The notes beneath the pieces are model-generated. The model saw nothing but the letters and a program-made list of their open reading frames with translations. It was not told the origin of the DNA and did not search any database. From IMG/VR virus record IMGVR_UViG_3300020473_000013, positions 1-64,000 of that record: a stretch of 64,000 bases of DNA, one strand, 5' to 3'. How positions within the stretch are numbered: the stretch's first letter is position 1; every line of letters begins with the position of its first letter. A program made the translations under genes and the position numbers. Positions 47,601 to 55,885 of this stretch are shown here, in pieces.

Positions 47601-50600
47601 GCAGGCCCGACTGCACCTCCAGCAACAGGGCGAGGCACGTAGGACGTAGTGCAGTCGATACGGTCGCCGATGTCCAGACCGTTATTCTCGAACTGAACGT
47701 CGAACGTCACTTCTCCTAGGCCTGCGAAATCGGTACGGTAGAGTAACCACTCCACATCCTCAGTACCGTTGTTGACCGTAACGCGAACCGGCCCAGTAGA
47801 AAACTCGACAGAGCCTTCGGGCCAAGTAGCACCGTCCCAACCGCCTTCAATGCTAACGTCGGCATCCACGAAGCGCGCCTCACCCAGAGCCGCAGGGTAA
47901 GCAAACCAACCGTACTCGCCTTCCGGGATAGTAAGAGAGAACGTTTGGTTACGCACCGTTGGAGAGCTGTGCGCAAGCGCTTTCACGTCTGCCTCGCCAC
48001 CTACTTTGTTACCCGATCCGTACACGGGATAGTCACTAACCAAACAGGTCCCCGCACTCGCAACAGATAAGGACATGACAGATAAGGACCTGGTTGAAGG
48101 AGACGCAGATGCAAGAGACATCAGGGGACTAACTGTACCACAGTCCTCTGCCTCGTACCCAATATCGACACCTGGGTTACTGAATGTTACGTCAAACACA
48201 AGGTCACCCAGACCCTTGAAGTCGGTCCGATACAGGAACCAGTCTGCCCGAATGTTGTTGCGTGTAACAGGCACAACAATAGGCCCGGTACCAGCCCCGA
48301 TAGAACCATCTTCAGGCCAAGATGCTCCGTCCCAACCCCCTTCAAAACCACTATTCGGATCAAAGAATCGCGCTTCACCTAAAGCAGCAGGATACGCGAA
48401 CCAGCCATACTCACCCGCGGCTACTGAAAGGGAGAACGTCTGATTGTCTGTACTACCAAGATGATTCGAAAATGCGTCCAAATTTCCGTCGAGAGAGGCC
48501 ATAGATGCGAAACGGGGAAAGTCGTTCACGTAACAAGGACGGTCCTCTACAGGACTATCTACTGGGTCCTCTTCTGGATCATCTACAGGATTCGCGGTAG
48601 GTGGGTAGGCGATATTGGTGTTCACGCACACGCCAGCACTCGGGAACGTTATCTCAAAGTCAGATGCGCCTGTACCTGATGCGCTAGTACGATGCAGGTA
48701 CCAATCGTACAGCTTGCCTGCGATCTCCCGCTGGATGACGATAGGACCATTCGTTTCGCCTTGTTCGCCCTCAGGCCAGCTAGCTCCATCCCAATCGTTG
48801 GTGGAGCTGTTGCCCATATTGCGCAACACAGCCACACCTAGCTCTACCGGGTACGCGAAGTAGGCGAACTCGTTGGGATCGAGGTCCACAGAGATGGTGG
48901 TATCGTCAGTGTCCGGCATCACCAGAGCGGAATCGCTTATCAGCGCTGCCTGAACATCCTCAGTCTCGGAACCGAGAACGAATGTCGGATAGCCGCTAAC
49001 ACACTCGTCCGTATCTGTATCACCTCCATCTACAGGAGGCTTCTCACCAGGATTGTCGAATACCACATCGAACGACCGCTCTCCGATATTAGGCATCTCG
49101 GTACGATAGACATACCACTCGGTGGCAACTCCGCACATGCTGCGAACGACCACGATCGGTCCTGTGGTGTTGCCTGGCGTGCTTCCGGCCCAGCTAGCTC
49201 CTCCCCAGCCTCCTTCGAGTCCTGTCTCCACGTCTATAAAGCGTGCTTCGCCGAGTTCGATAGGATAGGAGAAATACCCGTACTGACTTTCACCGACGCT
49301 CAGGCTGATGCGCTGGTTCTCGTCCGTGTTGGATGCGTACGGTAGGAACTCGATCTCTGCGTTGCTATTGACGCCTGCACCGTGAGAACCGTACACAGGG
49401 TTCATGTCCGCTACACAGGGCGGATCGACCTCGTTGCCGTCGTCAGGGCCATCCAGCTCAGGACCAGCAACAGGGTTGTTAGTCTCCACAGGATCACAGG
49501 AGTTCTTGCGTCCCGCGTTGGAGAAGTACACGTCGTAAAGCACAGAACCAGTTACGGCCTCATCGGTGCGATACAGGTAGTAGTCCCGCAACTTACCTTC
49601 GAGTTCTACCTGCACGACGATAGGTCCTACTGAATCGCCTTTGGCTCCGCTCGCAGGCCATCCCGCTCCATCCCATCCGCCTAACTTTCCAGTAGCGACA
49701 TGTACAAACGCCGCCCGTCCAAGAGCAACAGGATACGCAATGTAGGCGTACTTGCCTGAGGTGGATGCCACTTCCAAGCGCTGATTATCGCGGCTAGGAA
49801 GTGAGTCGGTGAGCACGCTAGCAAGCAGGCTGCCGTTCGCGAGACCGGAACTGGCGAAGCCCATCATAGGGAGCGGAATGTCGTAACACAGGTCGGAGTC
49901 GTACCGTACGTCCGTGGTGACTTGAGAACCTTCGCCGCCCACGACCTGATCAGGAAGCTTGGTGATAATCTCTTTCATCACCTCGTCGCCGCGTCCGATC
50001 GTGATGAGGTCTTTGTGTTCGATCACTACCTTCCCGGCTACGCCAATGGTGGACTGTAGCTGGATCGTGTAGTAGAACGTACGGACAACGTGGTTGATGG
50101 GAGCGAACTCGAAGTAGGCGTCCATCAACCGATCGGATAAGGTCTTACCGACGGGAAGCACCATGTTGGCGTCCGACGGCAGAATCTCCATGTTCAGGTT
50201 GATGTGGGTTGTTTTGTACCAGTCACCGCCGTCTGCGATCAGCGGACCCCACGGCTCCTCGTAGAAGTTCACGTAGTCGTTGGTGTACAGGTTGGACACG
50301 TTGACATCGCGTCCGAGCACGAAACGAATACCTTTCACGAAGTCGCTGGTGCCAGAGCGCTCGTGGAAAAGCGACAGCATGTACACGGACTTCGCTAAGC
50401 GATCGGCGTTGTGCGCCACCAGATCGGCCGGAATGTCGAAGCCGAGCTGCTTGATCGTATTAGCAACGATCTGCGGATCGGTGCCATCGACGATGTGGCG
50501 GATGTCCTCGATCTCCTTGATAGGATCGCGAATCTGCTCCTGAATGGTGTCCGCCAGTGCTTCCATAAACTCCATCCAAGTCTGATTATTGGAGTAGAGT

Positions 50601-50635
50601 TCGGGTACCAGCGATTCAAAGTCGATCTTGCTCAT
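44672..50635 (-). CDS. Baseplate wedge protein (gp7/P2-gpI-like N-terminus) with seven repeated domains and Ig-like repeats
   Basis: Follows the gp6-like gene; N-terminal LFHERSGT..F...IRFVLG and YFEFAPINHV; repeats of YFAYP..LG...GWDGA.WP...WYLYRTDF; about six I.GP..V.E Ig-like repeats. Confidence 0.75.
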   Translation of the reverse strand: MSKIDFESLVPELYSNNQTWMEFMEALADTIQEQIRDPIKEIEDIRHIVDGTDPQIVANTIKQLGFDIPADLVAHNADRLAKSVYMLSLFHERSGTSDFVKGIRFVLGRDVNVSNLYTNDYVNFYEEPWGPLIADGGDWYKTTHINLNMEILPSDANMVLPVGKTLSDRLMDAYFEFAPINHVVRTFYYTIQLQSTIGVAGKVVIEHKDLITIGRGDEVMKEIITKLPDQVVGGEGSQVTTDVRYDSDLCYDIPLPMMGFASSGLANGSLLASVLTDSLPSRDNQRLEVASTSGKYAYIAYPVALGRAAFVHVATGKLGGWDGAGWPASGAKGDSVGPIVVQVELEGKLRDYYLYRTDEAVTGSVLYDVYFSNAGRKNSCDPVETNNPVAGPELDGPDDGNEVDPPCVADMNPVYGSHGAGVNSNAEIEFLPYASNTDENQRISLSVGESQYGYFSYPIELGEARFIDVETGLEGGWGGASWAGSTPGNTTGPIVVVRSMCGVATEWYVYRTEMPNIGERSFDVVFDNPGEKPPVDGGDTDTDECVSGYPTFVLGSETEDVQAALISDSALVMPDTDDTTISVDLDPNEFAYFAYPVELGVAVLRNMGNSSTNDWDGASWPEGEQGETNGPIVIQREIAGKLYDWYLHRTSASGTGASDFEITFPSAGVCVNTNIAYPPTANPVDDPEEDPVDSPVEDRPCYVNDFPRFASMASLDGNLDAFSNHLGSTDNQTFSLSVAAGEYGWFAYPAALGEARFFDPNSGFEGGWDGASWPEDGSIGAGTGPIVVPVTRNNIRADWFLYRTDFKGLGDLVFDVTFSNPGVDIGYEAEDCGTVSPLMSLASASPSTRSLSVMSLSVASAGTCLVSDYPVYGSGNKVGGEADVKALAHSSPTVRNQTFSLTIPEGEYGWFAYPAALGEARFVDADVSIEGGWDGATWPEGSVEFSTGPVRVTVNNGTEDVEWLLYRTDFAGLGEVTFDVQFENNGLDIGDRIDCTTSYVPRPVAGGAVGPAQNMPVFGSYVAGLNTGAEVNNKLTGAMPDLATEVFELDIGPGEYGYFAHPAYLGDAVIEAEKRDVQWNGASWAADGSRGTGVGAVPVYRRINGQMEIWLLYRTDFDGLGYNKFRVTYKAATQEGQLGSRRVRVIPPVLTTDRPDIVSFTKSGRALFAPVYRDTTVHITSSFNGMSHTKAVLVRATGSPLEYIQLRCPSMVDGGDRFTVEVDGFYEDGHTRPIERAEIRILSQYVIRQEGYVVDTGNPAQDQMLRVEARYVDYGGNHHSSVRDLILKSVVLDKKVDELYILGPEEVAEGTNVSYRAHAFFNDGTQKDVLVLWESSSPGLYVDQSGYATAGNPMDNFTATLKATLQFRGQKYIASKDVEVVRNYITPESLRIDGPERVIELSDTSFRAFVRWSNGAETRVHPDWSTNRFSIDEEGVLTAGSVGGSVSVEIVARTQGMATSKVVSVYDTPVEIAHITIVGPENLREEAIGQYRAFAHFNDGRDVEVFPKWSVVGNPTFVQIDTDGRMQFTGAPVGIVEIKAEYDNNVKVFTQTKPIVLIPTLTLITGLVITGPSEVIEGERIHLQATAVYEDGTMEPVEPLWSIRSPDPLNAPEPEGDIVSPGIVQGRNVEQDTIAIVEARYFREIAEYPILVRSFDQPGPAIPKTSRINGPTVVPVSQIGSYSLLIEFDNGCGQELAVSNDWSLDVDRDVAIIDQNGFLRSQNGETVDVQVTASWECEGHSVEETITVRLLAEESTLGALVMYGSTSVLPQTFTQLSLELFRKGQPIVEGTGEEVENIEAEWSVETTIPYVTVSDSGRLYVGDVPEGTEFVVKAVFTEGLHSISTSKLITVGGESQDGTDNSLPMFGTGPIGLTSFEDFSQYGGQTMDTKESGGMLEAKVPQGEYLYYAHPAAMGLATFTDPVLGLSGGMEGATWPDDGGVGSNYGPLTITRTVNGVTTDWYLYRSDFSGLGDVTFRVDYGVSETSD

Positions 50636-52104
50636 CAGTAAGCACCTCTAACGCCCAAGGCGCGCTCGGAGTATACAACGTCGATGACAGGCTGTCCGTC
50701 CAGCACAGCGTAATGCGTGCGATCAGGCATCAGAATGTCCTCGGCAGGGCTCTCTATCTCCACATAGTCTACGCCTTCGATCTTACGAATTGCCTCGGTG
50801 ATGTCGGACTGAGACAGGCGGCGGCCAAGAATACCAGGTTTCTTCTGGAACAGCTTGAGCACGTTCTCCATAGCGACAATACGAATCTCACCATCCTTAG
50901 CACTAGGCAGGATAGCGACTTTCACGCGAACCTTGACAAAGACCTTGGTCGGGTTCCACGTCTGAACATCGTAGGCATCGTGAAGGAAAGGCATCAGCCA
51001 TTCCCGGAACTGGGCCCACTGGCTAGACTTGGGGTTAGGGTTGGCGCCACCCATCTTATCGCGCTCCTCAGGAAGCACGCAGATGCGGACGGTATTCATC
51101 CACCGTGCATCACTCGGAGCAATGTCCCGCTGACCGAGAGCCGCACAGTCCGCGACGCCAGGATAGCTCATGATGGTCGCCCGAATGTCCGCGCTGCTGA
51201 TCGCACGGCGCTTGGTACGGAACATGTTAGGTGCAAACATCTTGTAGTACAGAGCACTCTTTTCGTCCGCACCGCCCGCAATGGAAGTAATCGACTCGCC
51301 TTTGAGTTCGGAGTCGTTGAGGACACGAACCTGGATGCCGGGCAGACCTGTGTTCCCTCCGCTTCCGTCTGTGACAACGTAGCGAATGGTCATAACGGAG
51401 CCCACGTCCAGAAGCTGACCGTATTGACCGTCGCCGAAGAAGAATGACGTATCACCGTCTCGCGAAGTGCTCTCGAAGTACACGGGGTCCGCACCGCCGT
51501 GCTCAAAGATTGCGCGATCCGTCGGGTCCCAGACTTGGACGTTACCCGTATCCTTATCCGTAGTGTAGACCAGCACGTCTTCCGCAGAGACGACAAAACC
51601 CGGCTCCTCCAGATAGAACTCACGGAGGGCCAGGTCACCGATGCCTGTCAGGTCGAAACTCTTTTCTTTGACCGTACCAGAGTACACCTGGATGTTGGAT
51701 ACAGTCTGGCCCGGTGGTACCACGTATTGCTCACGGGTGAAGAACGTTCTTCCAGACAGATCGAACATCGAGTACGGAGGAAGGAAGCGCGTGCGCGTCG
51801 AGTAGTTGGAGACCTCGACAGTACACGAGGCACACGTCTTGCGAGAAATCTGGACACCCATCATCCGAGTGCCTGCAAAGATCGAACTATCCCGCACGGC
51901 GGTGGGCAAGAAGGCTTCGCGGAACGCCATGTCGAGATAGAACTGATTGGATACACCCGCGCCTGCGAACATATCCATGACCGTCGTACCTACCGAAGTA
52001 GGCAGAATGTCCACCCAAGTCCTCTTCTTCTCCAGCTTGCGTTGTAACGCATCGAACAGGAGCTGAAAGTCTGGGGTTACCTTACTGATGGGCGTGGAAG
52101 CCAT
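50635..52104 (-). CDS. Baseplate wedge subunit (T4 gp6 / baseplate J-like)
   Basis: AFREAFLPTAVRDSSI, IRYVVTDGSGGN, IAGGADEKS, RRAIS..D motifs; between the gp25-like and gp7-like genes. Confidence 0.85.
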   Translation of the reverse strand: MASTPISKVTPDFQLLFDALQRKLEKKRTWVDILPTSVGTTVMDMFAGAGVSNQFYLDMAFREAFLPTAVRDSSIFAGTRMMGVQISRKTCASCTVEVSNYSTRTRFLPPYSMFDLSGRTFFTREQYVVPPGQTVSNIQVYSGTVKEKSFDLTGIGDLALREFYLEEPGFVVSAEDVLVYTTDKDTGNVQVWDPTDRAIFEHGGADPVYFESTSRDGDTSFFFGDGQYGQLLDVGSVMTIRYVVTDGSGGNTGLPGIQVRVLNDSELKGESITSIAGGADEKSALYYKMFAPNMFRTKRRAISSADIRATIMSYPGVADCAALGQRDIAPSDARWMNTVRICVLPEERDKMGGANPNPKSSQWAQFREWLMPFLHDAYDVQTWNPTKVFVKVRVKVAILPSAKDGEIRIVAMENVLKLFQKKPGILGRRLSQSDITEAIRKIEGVDYVEIESPAEDILMPDRTHYAVLDGQPVIDVVYSERALGVRGAY

Positions 52105-52493
52105 TAGCCGAATCCTCTGGAAAGATTGAATTGGAACGTAAACTGCCGCGCCTCCAGCTCGGGTGCTCGATAGGCAATGCTGACAAAATACTGTTCATTC
52201 TGCGGGTCGGGAATCACCACTACCTGCTCGAACACCAGCCGTTGTTCACCATTCTCAGCCAGGGCTTTCTCCATGTCTGTCTGGATACGCCCAGCAGTAA
52301 CAGAGTCTATAGGATCGAACAGGTAGCGCCCAACATCACTGCCGATGCGGGGTCTGAACCAGCGAGACTTCTTAGGAGTGTCGAAGATGTTAGCGATGTT
52401 TTGGTTCAGGCTATCCTGATTCCGCACCAACTCCTCGTGTGTGAGGCCCGCGTTGATGTTGATGTCGGAATATAAAACTTCGATGTTGGCCAT
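52104..52493 (-). CDS. Baseplate wedge subunit (T4 gp25-like)
   Basis: SLNQNIANIFDTPKKSRWFRPRIGSDV..YLFDP matches the gp25 pattern. Confidence 0.88.
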   Translation of the reverse strand: MANIEVLYSDININAGLTHEELVRNQDSLNQNIANIFDTPKKSRWFRPRIGSDVGRYLFDPIDSVTAGRIQTDMEKALAENGEQRLVFEQVVVIPDPQNEQYFVSIAYRAPELEARQFTFQFNLSRGFG

Positions 52494-52495
52494 GT

Positions 52496-52813
52496 TTACC
52501 CCGCGTAGGTATCGAGAGAGCCTGTAGCCGCAGCATCACCGCAGCCCATCGCGTCCCCTATTCGCTGCTTGGGAAGCATGTCAGCGAAGGTGTTGGTGCT
52601 GCCTTGCACGGTCACCGGAGCGTGGCAACTACCCATACAGCAGTGCGTTACCCACGTGTCGGAAACTCGCACTTGTGCGAACTGATCGGTGAATGTGGTG
52701 ATCGACCCGCTGCTTGGCCGCGTAGGCGGAAAGCAAGGCGAGTGACCCGTCGAAGAATCTATAGGCATACGGACGCATGGAATGCCCAGCGGACCGCCCA
52801 TTTGAACTGGCAT
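52496..52813 (-). CDS. PAAR-like spike tip protein (T4 gp5.4-like)
   Basis: Start moved to MPVQMGG (ATG 52813) after GGAGG; STGH.CFPP..., HCC..CH, RIGD..GCG metal-binding pattern. Confidence 0.82.
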   Translation of the reverse strand: MPVQMGGPLGIPCVRMPIDSSTGHSPCFPPTRPSSGSITTFTDQFAQVRVSDTWVTHCCMGSCHAPVTVQGSTNTFADMLPKQRIGDAMGCGDAAATGSLDTYAG

Positions 52814-52837
52814 AGAGGACCTCCATTCGGTTTGAAT

Positions 52838-52844
52838 CAAATTA
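52838..52844 (-). promoter_or_regulatory. TAATTTG variant of putative late-promoter motif
   Basis: 25 nt upstream of the PAAR start, heading the baseplate operon. Confidence 0.45.
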
Positions 52845-52907
52845 TAACTGTAAAGACTGGTTACTGATGGTGGTTTACACAATCGGTATGTCAACCAAGG
52901 AGAAAGC

Positions 52908-54044
52908 ATGTTTCAGTACCAACGTGACCTCGCATCCCTCATCAATATCCCTGTCGTCAAGGATCGCACTGGCGTAGGCACACGAGGAACGACGTTCGGA
53001 CACGCCGCTTACAATCTGCGCATGGGAGCAGCGTTTCCTGCGGTAACAACCAAGAAGCTCGCTTTCGTTCCTGTCGTAGGTGAGCTACTGGGTTTCATTC
53101 GCGGTGCAACCTCAGCCGCAGAGTTTCGAGAGCTGGGCTGTAATGTCTGGAATGCCAACGCCAATGAGCAGACAGAGGAAGGGCTGCCGGACAACGCATG
53201 GCTCGCCAACGAGTGGCGCAAGGGCGAAGACGATCTAGGTCGTATCTACGGGGCGCAGTGGCGTGCGTGGGAAGACATCAAGATCGAGCCTTCTATTAAG
53301 GCGTCTTTCATGGAAGAGGCCGGATACTGGTGCGTCACCACGTTCGAGCAGAACGGTGCTCGGATGGGTGTATGGCGCAGGGAAATCGACCAGCTCGCTA
53401 ACGCCATATCCGCTCTGAAGGCGGATCCCAGTTCAAGGCGCGCCGTCGTCAGTACGTGGAATCCAGGCGACATGGAGCGCATGGCCCTGCCTCCGTGTCA
53501 TGTTCTGTTCCAGCTCCTGTGCAAACCGCTCGACAAGATGCAGCGCCTCGAAGCGATGATTCTGGACGCGGAAAACGGAGCTATCTGGAATAAGACTAGC
53601 CGTGATGCAGAGCGCGATGACATCATGAAGCGGGCTTCCGAGAAATTCGGCAATGACGGTCCGTCCGAAGAATGGCTCGATCAGTACGGGGCTCCTCGTT
53701 TCCGTATCGACCTCAACATCTACCAGCGTTCTTGCGACATGGTACTGGGTGCGCCCTTCAACATCGCCAGCTACGCAGCGCTGACCTGCATCGTGGCCCG
53801 TATTCTGGGTGCGGCACCTGGCACTTTGAATCACATCACAGGCGATACTCACGTCTACGCCAACCACACGAATGCAGCCCGTGAGCAGCTCCGCCGCGAA
53901 CCTACCGGCGAGACTCCGCGCCTGATCATCAACCCGGAACTCAAGACGCTGACCGACTTCGAGCAAGCCACGCCGGACGACTTCCGCCTGTTCAACTATC
54001 ACCATCGAGGCAAGCTGCGCACTCCGACACCGATGGCCATCTAA
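52908..54044 (+). CDS. thyA: Thymidylate synthase with two insertions
   Basis: DRTGVGT, LGRIYGAQWR, ALPPCH (catalytic Cys), YQRSCD, PFNIASY and GDTHVY motifs. Confidence 0.95.
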   Translation: MFQYQRDLASLINIPVVKDRTGVGTRGTTFGHAAYNLRMGAAFPAVTTKKLAFVPVVGELLGFIRGATSAAEFRELGCNVWNANANEQTEEGLPDNAWLANEWRKGEDDLGRIYGAQWRAWEDIKIEPSIKASFMEEAGYWCVTTFEQNGARMGVWRREIDQLANAISALKADPSSRRAVVSTWNPGDMERMALPPCHVLFQLLCKPLDKMQRLEAMILDAENGAIWNKTSRDAERDDIMKRASEKFGNDGPSEEWLDQYGAPRFRIDLNIYQRSCDMVLGAPFNIASYAALTCIVARILGAAPGTLNHITGDTHVYANHTNAAREQLRREPTGETPRLIINPELKTLTDFEQATPDDFRLFNYHHRGKLRTPTPMAI

Positions 54045-54060
54045 TCCAGATCAATCAACA

Positions 54061-54090
54061 GAGGCGGGTGCAGGAGCCCGCCTCATTTTA
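54061..54090 (+). terminator. Intrinsic terminator after thyA
   Basis: GAGGCGGG-TGCAGGAG-CCCGCCTC followed by ATTTT. Confidence 0.65.
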
Positions 54091-54118
54091 CTATTGTATA
54101 CGCAGAGGAAAAAGAAAA

Positions 54119-54538
54119 ATGGAAGTTGAAGTAATCGACAAATTCCGCGTCCACATTAGCACATACGAAACCGATATATCGGCCTACCTGGGAGCGAACG
54201 GCGAGATTTACCTGTCGGCATGCGGGCTGTTGAAGATGGTTGCAGGATTACCCATTCCCAGAGCCCAGCAGGTGTGCCGCAACTACAAGATAGCCGAACT
54301 GTTCGACCAGATTTATATTCAAGACACGGAGATCGACGTACTCAACATTCGGAATACCAAACATCACATTCGCGTGTTCGATGTCATCGAGGAGTACCTT
54401 AAGAGTCAGAAAGGAAACAAGTGGGTGCGCCTCAATGCAGTAGAGATCGACAGAGCCAAAGCTCTATTAGGTATCGAGCAGGCGGAAAGGACTGCGGAGA
54501 AGGAAGCGGTGAAAATCTTGGAGGGAGAGGATGGTTAG
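54119..54538 (+). CDS. Hypothetical protein (weakly KilA-N-like)
   Basis: Start moved to MEVEV (ATG 54119) after GAGGA; NGEIYLSACGLLKM only loosely recalls KilA-N. Confidence 0.6.
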   Translation: MEVEVIDKFRVHISTYETDISAYLGANGEIYLSACGLLKMVAGLPIPRAQQVCRNYKIAELFDQIYIQDTEIDVLNIRNTKHHIRVFDVIEEYLKSQKGNKWVRLNAVEIDRAKALLGIEQAERTAEKEAVKILEGEDG

Positions 54539-55037
54539 CCCGACCAGCAGAGATAGCTTTCAGGACAATAAGTGGTGCCTCGAAGAGGACGTCCTTAGGG
54601 ACCACGTACTCGATACGCTTGATTTAGAGGAGCGCGAGGGTCAGAACCTGCTGTTCCGCAGTTCGTACAGCTCCGACGTGTACTACGAGGTATTCGTGAG
54701 AGAGTTTAGGAATGAGGACAGGGTGGGAATTAACATCTGGTATACAGGGGGAGGGAATCGCAGGTACAACTGCGTGTACTGGAGAGGAAGGATCGTTCGG
54801 TGGGGAGTGTGGGTCGTCGAGCTAATGGATACCCTGCCTCACTTGATAAGCAAGACAGGGATCGCAATAGCCGAAAGAGAAGCCGTTAAAGTCGTACGGG
54901 AGAATCATGGCGCGATGCCGAATGGGAGCTTTCCTGCAGCCGAGCATGTCCTTGCGGAAGACATGGGCATGGATGAAAACAGTGCGGAATCTTTCAGGTC
55001 ATGGAACCGAAGCGGGGTTCCTGTACGACATCTGTAA
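54531..55037 (+). CDS. Hypothetical protein
   Basis: 168-aa ORF overlapping the previous stop; GGAGAGG RBS. Confidence 0.6.
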   Translation: MVSPTSRDSFQDNKWCLEEDVLRDHVLDTLDLEEREGQNLLFRSSYSSDVYYEVFVREFRNEDRVGINIWYTGGGNRRYNCVYWRGRIVRWGVWVVELMDTLPHLISKTGIAIAEREAVKVVRENHGAMPNGSFPAAEHVLAEDMGMDENSAESFRSWNRSGVPVRHL

Positions 55038-55532
55038 TGTATCCAGATCAGGCCAGTCCGGAGCACGCATAGTAATCAACGCCACTTCGGACTGGGCTTC
55101 CCTATACTCAGCAATTTTGGTGTTCTTGACGCAGTTGATGTTCAAGAACATGTACTCCAGCCGCGCCCAGCTCTCAAGGTGCTCCGCTCGCAAACGACGA
55201 GCCACCCCTCCGATACTATCCCCTTGTGTATCCTTCCAAACCGCGCACATAACGGACGGGTATGATGCAATAAGCCTGTCCTCCTCTTCCTGCGCTAGTT
55301 CTTCGACAACCTTATCTCGGATGGACCCTTCGATGCTTCCGTCACTCAGAAAGGCGGAGGCTTCATGAAGACTGCGCTCCAGTTCAAATACACCACGCAC
55401 GCCGGAGTCCAACACAAGCTCTACAGCCTGCTCAATCAATCTGTCGCTATCCGTTTCCACCAAGTGAATGTACTTGGCTTTGAGGATGTCCAGCGCGGTC
55501 GAAAGAGCAGGGACCTGTACTTCCTCATCCAT
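54999..55532 (-). CDS. Hypothetical acidic protein
   Basis: 177-aa ORF at the end of the minus-strand operon. Confidence 0.65.
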   Translation of the reverse strand: MDEEVQVPALSTALDILKAKYIHLVETDSDRLIEQAVELVLDSGVRGVFELERSLHEASAFLSDGSIEGSIRDKVVEELAQEEEDRLIASYPSVMCAVWKDTQGDSIGGVARRLRAEHLESWARLEYMFLNINCVKNTKIAEYREAQSEVALITMRAPDWPDLDTLQMSYRNPASVP

Positions 55533-55536
55533 GGCG

Positions 55537-55878
55537 TCACCTTCTATCCGGGTTTCCCGGTATCATACGACGACGTTTGGGCGCACCGTCACGTTCATGC
55601 CGCCCTAGCCAGATGTTCTTCTTCACGGTAACCGCGCGAGGCGAGCCAGAATGCTCGTCCAGAGTTCCAGGGTAAGGAATGGCCATACCCTTTTTGCTCT
55701 TGAGCTTTCCCTTTCGCTTCTTGGCTTTGTGCTTGTATTCTTCACGGGTCTCCTTCTTCAGGTCACCATCGTAGTTCTGAATGGGGAGGCGAGCCCCTTC
55801 ATGAGGCTTGCCCGACGAGGTCTTGTCCGTGATCGTGGCTTCATCGCCCACGCTTACGCTCAGGCTGATCTCCAACAT
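55537..55878 (-). CDS. Small basic protein
   Basis: Lys/Arg-rich; N-terminus MLEISLSVS. Confidence 0.65.
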   Translation of the reverse strand: MLEISLSVSVGDEATITDKTSSGKPHEGARLPIQNYDGDLKKETREEYKHKAKKRKGKLKSKKGMAIPYPGTLDEHSGSPRAVTVKKNIWLGRHERDGAPKRRRMIPGNPDRR

Positions 55879-55885
55879 GGTTCAC

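Noticed and set aside
52908-54044. Intron/intein in thyA, or a dCMP hydroxymethylase (modified-base) function
   Set aside because: The ORF is continuous, the inserts lack intein terminal motifs, and the specificity residue is Asn (FNIASY).
54999-55037. Convergent 39-nt overlap of two 3' ends
   Set aside because: Short tail-to-tail overlaps are common in compact phage genomes; no further signal.
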